55,606 nt of DNA, from the NCBI GenBank assembly GCA_003158675.1, contig PMKN01000040.1, forward strand, positions 8,590 through 64,195. Reading direction: 5' to 3'. Made by a program: the position numbers and the translations under genes. The notes under the pieces were generated by a model, which saw nothing but the letters and a program-made list of their open reading frames with translations, was not told the origin of the DNA and made no database searches. This DNA comes from Chloroflexota bacterium (GTDB lineage: Bacteria; Chloroflexota; Limnocylindria; Limnocylindrales; CSP1-4). Shown here piece after piece: positions 12,908-20,835 of this stretch (position 1 is the stretch's first letter; each line of letters begins with the position of its first letter).

Positions 12908-14248
12908 ATGTCGGCCGATCGGCCGCCTGACGGAGCCGCGGCCGACGCCACGAACCGGCCCCTGCCCGAGCCGCAGCCAGGGGCACTTCCCTCGCCGCTC
13001 CCGCCGGGATTCGTGAATTGGGGCTATTCGCCGCCACCTCCGCCCGGCTGGCCCCCGCCCGCGCCAGGTTGGGGCTATTCGCCGCCACCTCCGCCCGGCT
13101 GGCTCCCGCCCGCGCCAGGTTGGGGCTACGCCCAGCGCGGCACGATGGACCCGCCCCGGCTGTCTCATCCGGTCACGCCGACACGGCCGATAGCCTCCCT
13201 AGCTGGCAGGGCAGAGCCTGACCTCTATGCCGCTGGATGGCTTCTGTCCGTCGGCGCGCTGTTTGCGCTGGTTGCGTTGCTCGCGGCAGCTCTGGCCGGG
13301 CTGACCAACGGAGCCGCAGCCGTCGTAGTAGTAGCTCTGATTGAGGTTTCGCTCCTGGGACTCGCCGCGGGGTTCTCGTCGGCCGCAATGGCGCAGAGCA
13401 GCCAGCGGAGGAACGACGGCTGGCAGGACTACTTCGGACCTTCGCCCGTCCTCGTGCTCGCGGCCTGGCTGGCGATCTCGAGCGCAGGGGTCCTGCTCTT
13501 GGACGCTGCAATGGACGCGCTGTCCTTCAGCCCTCCGAGCTCGGTCGCAACTCTCTTGCTGCTGAGCGTGAACGTCGCCTCGTACATCGGGACGGTTCAA
13601 CTGCTCGTGGTCCGCCCGGGCGCCCTCTCCTGGTCGGACATGGCACGACCCCGGCACCTGGCCCCCGACCCGACCGACTGGTTCGAACCATCGGCCTGGG
13701 CGGCGCAGACCCCGCAAAGCAGCGTGCGCAAACGGGACCGTCTCGCGACCGACATTGCGCTCGGGCTGGGATTGGCGATCCCGCTGATGGTCGGAACTCT
13801 GCTCCTGGCTGCAGCGTTGACGACCTTGCTGGGCATGGATCGCGTTACCTACGAAGGTCCGATACCGGCGTCCTCCACCACGGACGTGTTGGTCTCGCTG
13901 CTGGCGGCGGCAATTCTGGCCCCAATCGGAGAGGAGATATTCTTCCGCGGTTTTGCCACGAATGCATGGGCGAGATCTCTGACGCGCAATTCGGCGATCC
14001 TGCGCGCCGCCGTCTTCTTCGCCGGAATTCATGTCATCAACGTCGACATAGGCGGGCACTCCGACCCGAGCATCCTCCTCCGAGCTGCCTTCCTCGCCGT
14101 CGTCGTGAGGCTACCTGTCGCTTGGGGGCTGGCCTGGGTCTTCACCAGGCGACGCTCGATCTACGCGTCAGCATTCCTGCATGCGACCTACAACGCCGGC
14201 CTCACTCTGCTTGCCTGGTGGGCGATCAACTACACGCCCGGCCAATAA
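12908..14248 (+). CDS. CPBP (CAAX/Abi) family intramembrane glutamic/metalloprotease
   Basis: APIGEEIFFRG, FAGIH and HATYN motifs; multiple TM helices. Confidence 0.92.
   Translation: MSADRPPDGAAADATNRPLPEPQPGALPSPLPPGFVNWGYSPPPPPGWPPPAPGWGYSPPPPPGWLPPAPGWGYAQRGTMDPPRLSHPVTPTRPIASLAGRAEPDLYAAGWLLSVGALFALVALLAAALAGLTNGAAAVVVVALIEVSLLGLAAGFSSAAMAQSSQRRNDGWQDYFGPSPVLVLAAWLAISSAGVLLLDAAMDALSFSPPSSVATLLLLSVNVASYIGTVQLLVVRPGALSWSDMARPRHLAPDPTDWFEPSAWAAQTPQSSVRKRDRLATDIALGLGLAIPLMVGTLLLAAALTTLLGMDRVTYEGPIPASSTTDVLVSLLAAAILAPIGEEIFFRGFATNAWARSLTRNSAILRAAVFFAGIHVINVDIGGHSDPSILLRAAFLAVVVRLPVAWGLAWVFTRRRSIYASAFLHATYNAGLTLLAWWAINYTPGQ
13018..13128 (+). repeat. 51-bp in-frame tandem repeat (2.2 copies) encoding WGYSPPPPPGW(P/L)PPAPG
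   Basis: Copies start at 13018, 13069 and 13120 (partial); one mismatch between the two full copies. Confidence 0.9.
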
Positions 14249-14472
14249 GCCGGAGTTGAGCCGCAGTTGGTCTGCAGATAAGAGGCGGGGTCTAGTCTGC
14301 CTCTCGTTCCCGGAGCTGGCGGCGAGAGGAATCGGCGGGCTCCCATCTCCGGCTCCGGGAGCTCCAGCCGGATCGCCCACTCCGCCGCGCCGAGAACGGA
14401 ATGCCATCCTTGGAGAATCGAGGGTCAGCGCCGAGTGGCGGCGAACGTAAGGTCGGAGCAGCGGAGCGACAG

Positions 14473-15165
14473 ATGAGTGGGATCTGCCTGCTGACACAGC
14501 GAGAGCGACCGCGCGAGCGCCTGGCGATGCACGGCGCCGCAGCTCTGAGTGCTGCGGAGCTGATCGGTGTGTTGTGGGGTTCGGGCACCAGAGGTGGCAC
14601 TGCAGTGGATTCCGCTTCGGATGCGCTGCGGCGCCACGAAGGCCTTGTCGGGCTGGCTCGGGCGACCGACGTAGAACTCGAGGCGGTTCCCGGTGTTGGA
14701 CCGGTGCGCGCCGCCCAGCTTGCCGCCGCATTCGAGTTGGGGCGGCGCCTGATTGCAGACTGGCCACAGGGACGTTGGACCGTCCGCGCAGCTCGCGACG
14801 TGGGAGAACGGCTCGTCGCCCAGATGGGCTACCTGGAACGGGAGGAGTTGCGGGTCGTGCTGCTCAACACGCGGAACGCCGTGCTGCGAGTCGTCACCAT
14901 CTATCAAGGCAACGTCTCGTCCAGCCTGGTCCGGATCGGGGAACTGTTCCGGGACGCTGTCCGCCTCAACGCCTCCGGGCTCATCCTCGTCCACAACCAC
15001 CCCTCCGGCGACCCCACGCCAAGTCCGGACGACCTACGTCTCACGGCCGAGACTCTGGCCGCGGGACGCCTCCTGGACATCCAGCTGTTGGACCATCTCA
15101 TCGTCGCCGGGGATAGCTTCGTCTCGCTGCGAGACCGTGGCGTGGCCTTCGATCGCCAGTCGTAG
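14473..15165 (+). CDS. radC: RadC family JAB-domain protein (UPF0758)
   Basis: ERPRERL...LSAAELI, HhH-like VPGVGPVRA, and HNHPSGDPTPSPDD...LLDHLI. GGAG at 14463 supports ATG 14473; alternative start 14401. Confidence 0.93.
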   Translation: MSGICLLTQRERPRERLAMHGAAALSAAELIGVLWGSGTRGGTAVDSASDALRRHEGLVGLARATDVELEAVPGVGPVRAAQLAAAFELGRRLIADWPQGRWTVRAARDVGERLVAQMGYLEREELRVVLLNTRNAVLRVVTIYQGNVSSSLVRIGELFRDAVRLNASGLILVHNHPSGDPTPSPDDLRLTAETLAAGRLLDIQLLDHLIVAGDSFVSLRDRGVAFDRQS

Positions 15166-15399
15166 CCCCCCCGCGGGCGCTCCTATTCAACGGCTGGCAG
15201 CGGTTGCGCCAATCATGTGGGTATACTGCTCGGGCTTCCCGGGGTCAAAGCGGGCGAATCTTCGGTCCCGCACCCATGATGGGGGCCACCAGCGTCCGAG
15301 ACGACGCCACCTGCTCGGTCGACTGGATCACGCTAGCTGGCAGCCCCGTTCCCCGTCATTGCGGGGACCAGCACTACGAGGAAGGAATCGCCTCGAATC

Positions 15400-16458
15400 A
15401 TGTTTGGCGTCCACAGTCTACTGGGCATCTTCTCGCGCGACATCGGCATCGATCTCGGCACCGCGAACACGCTGGTCCACGTCCGCGATCGAGGCATCGT
15501 CATCAGCGAACCGAGCGTTGTCGCCATGGAGGCCAAGACCAGGAAAGTGCTGGCCGTCGGAGCCGAGGCCAAGCGCATGATCGGCCGCACCCCCTCCACC
15601 ATCATTGCCGTCCGTCCGCTGCGCGACGGAGTCATCAGCGACTTCGACGTGACGCAGCAGATGATCGAATACTTCGTCCACAAGGTCCACGACCGGATCG
15701 GCATGGTGCCGCGGCCTCGAATGCTGCTCGGCATTCCGTCTGGCGTGACCGAAGTCGAGAAGCGCGCCGTGCGCGACGCGGCCATGAACGCGGGGGCGCG
15801 TTGGGCAGGCCTCATCGAAGAGCCGATGGCAGCCGCGATAGGCGCCGGGCTTCCGGTCAACGAACCCACGGGCAGCATGATCGTCGACATCGGCGGCGGC
15901 ACCACGGAAGTTGCCGTCATCAGCCTCGGCGGCATCGTCATCAGCCGCAGCATCCGCGTCGGTGGCGACGAGATGGACATCGACATCGTGGCCTATGCCC
16001 GGCGCGAGTACAACCTCTTCCTGGGAGAACGCTCGGCAGAGGACATCAAGATCGCGCTCGGGTCCGCCGCACCCGGCGAGTGGGATGCGCAGCGCGTCAC
16101 CCTCCGCGGCCGCGACCTCCTGACCGGCCTGCCGCGTAGCGTCGAGGTCGGCGGCGAGCAGATCCGCGAGGCGATCGAACCCTCCGTCGCGCTCATCGTC
16201 GAGACAGTCAGGGACACCATCGAGGAAACGCCGCCGGAGCTGATCGCGGACATCATGGACCAGGGCATCGTCCTGGCTGGTGGGGGCGCTCTCCTGAGCG
16301 GCTTGGACCATCGCATTGCAGAAGCCACGCAGATGCCCGTCCACGTGGCCAATGACCCGCTCACGTGCGTCGCCAGGGGCACGGGCGTAGTCCTCGAGGA
16401 ACTCGACATCATGGAAGAGGTTCTCGTCGCGGACACGTACGCTCGACCGCCCCGCTAG
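15400..16458 (+). CDS. mreB: Rod shape-determining actin homologue MreB
   Basis: IGIDLGTANT, EEPMAAAIGAG, DIGGGTTE, GIVLAGGGALL. TATACT at 15222 is a possible -10. Confidence 0.97.
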   Translation: MFGVHSLLGIFSRDIGIDLGTANTLVHVRDRGIVISEPSVVAMEAKTRKVLAVGAEAKRMIGRTPSTIIAVRPLRDGVISDFDVTQQMIEYFVHKVHDRIGMVPRPRMLLGIPSGVTEVEKRAVRDAAMNAGARWAGLIEEPMAAAIGAGLPVNEPTGSMIVDIGGGTTEVAVISLGGIVISRSIRVGGDEMDIDIVAYARREYNLFLGERSAEDIKIALGSAAPGEWDAQRVTLRGRDLLTGLPRSVEVGGEQIREAIEPSVALIVETVRDTIEETPPELIADIMDQGIVLAGGGALLSGLDHRIAEATQMPVHVANDPLTCVARGTGVVLEELDIMEEVLVADTYARPPR

Positions 16459-16482
16459 TCGGTCGCGGGGGCCTCAGGCCAG

Positions 16483-17556
16483 ATGAACTTTCGCTCTGGC
16501 TACCGCCTGCCGCGAGGGCAGTGGCTCGCCTTTGCGCTGCTGCTCACTCTGAGCGTCGGGTTGATGGGGGCGTCTAACACCCGCCTGCTGAGAACTGTGC
16601 AGTCGGACGTGAACTTCATGCTGAACCCGGTCGAAGGGGCGGTCAACGATGCGACCGACACGCTCGGGTCGTATCTATCCACGCTCACCAGCCTCGACAG
16701 CTTGCGCCAGGAAACCGAGCAGCTGCGCCAGGAGAACGAGACTCTCAAGGAAGAACTGGCCCGGATGCCGGCCATCGGACGCCTGAACGACGATTGGACT
16801 CGGATCACCCAGGCCTCCCAGTCGTCTCAGTATCAGACGATCATCGGCCGCGTCGTCGTGCGCGACATCTCCGACGTGCGCGGTCGGACTCTGATCATCA
16901 ACCGGGGGTTGGTGGACGGTATCGCCCTCGGTCAGGTCGTGATCGACGACGGGGGCGCGCTGGTCGGCAGGATCGACAAAGTCGAGGCATACAACGCCGA
17001 GATCTTGCTGGTCAACGACAGCAAGGCCGTGGTCATAGGCATCGAGGCGGACTCTCAGGCGACGGGCACGATCACCGGTCAGATCGGGGGCCAGTTGCTG
17101 ATGTCGGGCGTGAGTTCCACCGACAAGTTGACCAAGGGCGCAGCCGTGGTCACGTGGGGCAAGGTCCTGCCCGGCGGAGACGTCCGCTCGCCCTATCCGC
17201 CGGGGCTTCTCATCGGCACAATCTCCGAGGTTTCCAAGGACCCGAACCAGGTCGTCCAGACTGCCGTGATGCAACCGGCTGCGGACTTGAACAACATCGA
17301 GTACGTGCTCATCGTGACCAACTTCCTCGGCGGCTTCGCCACCCCGGGCCCGACCTCGGGCGCGAGCTCCAGTCCCGGTCCGAGCTCCAGTCCCGGTCCG
17401 AGCTCTGGTCCCGGCGCGAGCTCTGGTCCCGGCGCGAGCCCGTCGTCTGGCCCCGTCCCGACCCCCCGACCGACGACAGTCGCCACTCCGAGGCCAGGGC
17501 CGTCCACAGCCGCTCCTTCCCCCGCCCCGAGCCTGATCACGGCGCCGCCCCACTGA
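16483..17556 (+). CDS. mreC: Rod shape-determining protein MreC with a Ser/Gly/Pro-rich tail
   Basis: N-terminal TM helix, coiled coil LRQENETLKEEL, IINRG..DG, GALVGRI, YPPGLLIG; directly follows mreB. Confidence 0.92.
   Translation: MNFRSGYRLPRGQWLAFALLLTLSVGLMGASNTRLLRTVQSDVNFMLNPVEGAVNDATDTLGSYLSTLTSLDSLRQETEQLRQENETLKEELARMPAIGRLNDDWTRITQASQSSQYQTIIGRVVVRDISDVRGRTLIINRGLVDGIALGQVVIDDGGALVGRIDKVEAYNAEILLVNDSKAVVIGIEADSQATGTITGQIGGQLLMSGVSSTDKLTKGAAVVTWGKVLPGGDVRSPYPPGLLIGTISEVSKDPNQVVQTAVMQPAADLNNIEYVLIVTNFLGGFATPGPTSGASSSPGPSSSPGPSSGPGASSGPGASPSSGPVPTPRPTTVATPRPGPSTAAPSPAPSLITAPPH
17354..17452 (+). repeat. 18-bp in-frame tandem repeats encoding SSSPGP/SSGPGA
   Basis: gagctccagtcccggtcc x2 then gagctctggtcccggcgc x2, with degenerate flanks. 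Confidence 0.85.
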
Positions 17557-17649
17557 TCGGCGCCGGTTGAAAGCCTGCAGCGCTCCGGCGCGGGGCGAGA
17601 GCCACACCGAACCTGCTAACCTCTCGTCCACCATGCCCACGGAGCCGCG

Positions 17650-18408
17650 GTGAAAGGTCTCGTACTGGCTGGCGGCACGGCCACCCGCCTGTTTCCGCTC
17701 ACCATCGTCACCAACAAGCACCTGTTGCCGATCTATGACCGGCCCATGATCTATTACCCCATCGCCACCCTGGCTGGCATGGGGATCCGCGAGGTCATGG
17801 TCATCGTCGGCGGCAAGAGCGTGGGCGATGTCGTCGAGCTTCTGGCCGACGGCGAGCATTTCGGCCTCAATCTGACTTACCGCTACCAGCGCGGCGCCCT
17901 CGGGATCGCCCACGCGATAGGGCTGGCCCGCGACTTCGTCGGTGACGATGCGTTCTGCTGCGTACTCGGCGACAACGTCCTGCTCGGCCCGCCGCTCGCC
18001 GATTGCGCCCGCGAATTCGAGGCTGGGCCGTGCGGCGCCGGAACGTTGCTCTACGAGGTCGCGGATCCGGAGCGGTTCGGAGTTGCGGAGCTGAACGCTG
18101 ACGGCAACGTCGTTGCCTTCGAAGAGAAGCCGGCCAAGCCCAAGAGCAGCCTGATACCGATAGGCGTCTACTTCCTGCGCCCAGAAGCATTCGGCGTCGT
18201 GGACCAGCTCGTTCCGTCGCGCCGTGGCGAGCTCGAAATCACGGACCTTCTGAATCACTACCTGCCGGACAGACTCTTCGCGCGCCGATTCGAGGGGCTC
18301 TGGACGGATGCGGGAACGGTGACCTCCCTCATCCGGGCTGCCGAGCTCGCGGAGCAGGAGCACGGCGCCGGCCGACTGGCAGGCCCGCCTGCCCGGCCGA
18401 CGACGTGA
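17650..18408 (+). CDS. rmlA: Glucose-1-phosphate thymidylyltransferase (short RmlA type)
   Basis: GLVLAGG..TRL.P.T...NKHLLPIYDRPMI, EEKP, RGELEITD, WTDAGT. Extended -10 TGcTAACCT at 17614-17622 and GGAG SD. Confidence 0.9.
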   Translation: MKGLVLAGGTATRLFPLTIVTNKHLLPIYDRPMIYYPIATLAGMGIREVMVIVGGKSVGDVVELLADGEHFGLNLTYRYQRGALGIAHAIGLARDFVGDDAFCCVLGDNVLLGPPLADCAREFEAGPCGAGTLLYEVADPERFGVAELNADGNVVAFEEKPAKPKSSLIPIGVYFLRPEAFGVVDQLVPSRRGELEITDLLNHYLPDRLFARRFEGLWTDAGTVTSLIRAAELAEQEHGAGRLAGPPARPTT

Positions 18409-19544
18409 CCCAGGAGCGCGACGCGACCCGCATGCACGACAAGTCCAGGACGACAGCTCAGCGTGGGTCGCGCCGATACGCCCGCCTGCTCGTGACGGGC
18501 GGTGCGGGCTTCATCGGCTCCTGCTTCGTCCGAGATGTTCTGGGCCGCCGCGACGGCACGCACATCACCGTCCTCGACAAGCTGACCTACGCCGGCAACA
18601 GGTCCAACCTCGCCCCGGTCGAGGCAGATCCAGAACAGGCCGCGCGGCTCCGATTCGTGGTCGGCGACATCGCCGATCCGGAGATTGTGGAACCGCTGGT
18701 CGCCGAGGCTGACGCGGTTGTCAATTTCGCCGCCGAGTCGCATGTGGACCGCTCCATCCTGGAGCCGGTGGATTTCTTGCGAACCGACGTGCTGGGCGTT
18801 CACGTACTGCTCGAAGCGTGCCGCAAGGAGCAGGCGCGCGCACGAGCGGGAGGTCGAGCCGCCACGCCGCGCATGCTCCAGGTTTCCACCGACGAGGTCT
18901 ATGGCTCGGTCGAGACCGGCGAGAGTGTGGAAGACGACCGCCTGGAGCCTCGCTCGCCGTACTCGGCCGCCAAGGCGGCTGGAGAGCTGCTGGTGCGGTC
19001 CTACTTCATCACCTACGGACTGGACGTCGTCGTGACCCGCGGCTCCAACACATACGGTCCCTACCACTATCCCGAAAAGCTGATCCCCCTCTTCGTGACC
19101 AACGCCATCGACGACCAGCAGCTGCCGCTCTACGGCGACGGCCGCCAGCGGCGGGACTGGCTGTACGTGGCCGACCATGCCGGGGCCATCGGCCACGTCC
19201 TCGAGCACGCTGGGGCCGGCGAGACGTACAACATCCCGGGCGGCAACGAACGGGCCAACCGCGAGGTGGTGGCCACTCTCCTTGAGTTGCTCGGCAAGCC
19301 ATGGTCGCTCGTCCGCAGCGTGGAGGACCGACCGGGCCACGACTGGCGGTACGCCATGACGGGCGACAAGCTGGCGGCGCTGGGCTGGAAGAACAAGATG
19401 AGCTTCGAAGTCGGGCTGGCCGCGACAGTCGATTGGTACCTCGCCAATCAGGGGTGGTGGCGGCCGATCAAGTCCGGGGAGTGGGAGGAATACTACCGGC
19501 GCCAGTACGCCACGAGGCTGGCCGGCTCGCGAGACGCCGGGTGA
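18405..19544 (+). CDS. rmlB: dTDP-glucose 4,6-dehydratase
   Basis: TGGAGFIG, DKLTYAGN, FAAESHVDRS, STDEVYG, PYSAAKA, DRPGHD. Confidence 0.96.
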   Translation: MTQERDATRMHDKSRTTAQRGSRRYARLLVTGGAGFIGSCFVRDVLGRRDGTHITVLDKLTYAGNRSNLAPVEADPEQAARLRFVVGDIADPEIVEPLVAEADAVVNFAAESHVDRSILEPVDFLRTDVLGVHVLLEACRKEQARARAGGRAATPRMLQVSTDEVYGSVETGESVEDDRLEPRSPYSAAKAAGELLVRSYFITYGLDVVVTRGSNTYGPYHYPEKLIPLFVTNAIDDQQLPLYGDGRQRRDWLYVADHAGAIGHVLEHAGAGETYNIPGGNERANREVVATLLELLGKPWSLVRSVEDRPGHDWRYAMTGDKLAALGWKNKMSFEVGLAATVDWYLANQGWWRPIKSGEWEEYYRRQYATRLAGSRDAG

Positions 19545-19566
19545 CGCCCGCCGCAAGGCCGCGCTG

Positions 19567-20505
19567 ATGCGAGTCGCAATAACCGGGGCGGGCGGGAGGC
19601 TTGGTACCGCCCTCCGCGAGGCTGTGGCACAGACCCATTCGGCCCCCGAGATCCTGGCCTGGGACATCCCCGAACACGATCTCGACGACCCCGGCTCGGC
19701 CGGGCGGCTGGTCGACCGGACGAGGCCGGACATCGTGGTCCACGCGGCGGCCTGGACCGACGTAGACGGCTGCGCTCGCGATCCCGCTCTGGCGTTGCGC
19801 CGGAACGGCACGGCGGCAGGTGAGATGGCACTAGCCTGCGCCACGTACGGGGCCGGGCTGGTGCTGATCTCCACCAACGAGGTCTTCGACGGCCTGCGCG
19901 CCGACGGCCAGCCCTACAGCCCAACCGATCCGCCGTCTCCCGCCAATCCCTACGGCGCGGCGAAGCTGGCCGGGGAGCAGGCTGCTCGCAGCGCCTTCGT
20001 CGCCAGCGACGACACCTTCGCTGCGGCGACGTCTTCCGGTGTCGGCCATCGCGACGCGGCGATTCCGGCCCTGGCGATCGTCAGAACGGCGTGGCTGTTC
20101 GGGCCGCCCGGCAACGACTTCCCGCACAAGATCCTCGCCGCCGCCGATCGAGCGCGAATGGAGAACAGGACACTGGATCTGGTCTCGGACGAGATTGGCT
20201 GCCCCACGTACACGAGGGACCTGGCGGCCGCGATCGCCAGCCTCATCGAGCTGGCCGTGATCCAGGGGCTCAACGCCATGGGCGGCATCCACCATGTCGT
20301 GAATGTCGGCCGAGCGTCACGGGCCGAATGGGCGCGCGAGGTGCTGCGATTGGCCGGAGTGACCGTACCCACGCGGGAGGTACCCCTGAGCACATGGCCG
20401 CGGCCCTCGACGCCGCCGCGATGGGGAGTGCTCGCGCCCACACCGCTTCCTGGCGGGCCCCTGCGCGACTGGCGGGCGGCCTTGGCGGAATACCTGGCTT
20501 CCTAG
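19567..20505 (+). CDS. rmlD: dTDP-4-dehydrorhamnose reductase-like SDR
   Basis: TGAGGRLG, HAAAWTDVDGC, ISTNEVFDG, YGAAKLAGE, RTAWLFG, GCPTY. Confidence 0.9.
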   Translation: MRVAITGAGGRLGTALREAVAQTHSAPEILAWDIPEHDLDDPGSAGRLVDRTRPDIVVHAAAWTDVDGCARDPALALRRNGTAAGEMALACATYGAGLVLISTNEVFDGLRADGQPYSPTDPPSPANPYGAAKLAGEQAARSAFVASDDTFAAATSSGVGHRDAAIPALAIVRTAWLFGPPGNDFPHKILAAADRARMENRTLDLVSDEIGCPTYTRDLAAAIASLIELAVIQGLNAMGGIHHVVNVGRASRAEWAREVLRLAGVTVPTREVPLSTWPRPSTPPRWGVLAPTPLPGGPLRDWRAALAEYLAS

Positions 20506-20835
20506 CCGCTACGCGCCGGAATCCCGAAGCTGATCGCCCCGCCCGCTGGGGCGGTTGGCCAAATCCGACATGTATGCCTATCATGGCCGCCTACCCGAAG
20601 CCACCGTCCGTTCAAGCAAGATGCAATCGGTGGGTTCGGCTACAGCAAGCCGGTCCGATCCGGACCGGCTCCCGGCCGACCTCGGCCGATGGGACCCCCA
20701 TCGCCCGGGACCATGGCGCGATTGTCGCCTCGCCAGCCGACCCACAGTCTTGTGAGTAAAGCCGCAGCCCATCGAGCCCGCTCCGGCGGGTCGCCGTCCC
20801 GCGACGCCGCGATGGGCCCTCAGGGAGACAACGGG

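Noticed and set aside
14473-15165. JAB-domain protein as part of a defence or mobile system
   Set aside because: Full-length chromosomal RadC with an HhH region next to mreB; no E1/E2, cyclase or mobile genes nearby.
15230-15399. Short hairpins in the mreB leader as a riboswitch
   Set aside because: Stems are short and match no aptamer consensus I know; consistent with GC-rich background.
17633-17653. 6-codon uORF (MPTEPR) whose stop overlaps the rmlA GTG
   Set aside because: rmlA has its own SD, and such a short overlap arises easily by chance.
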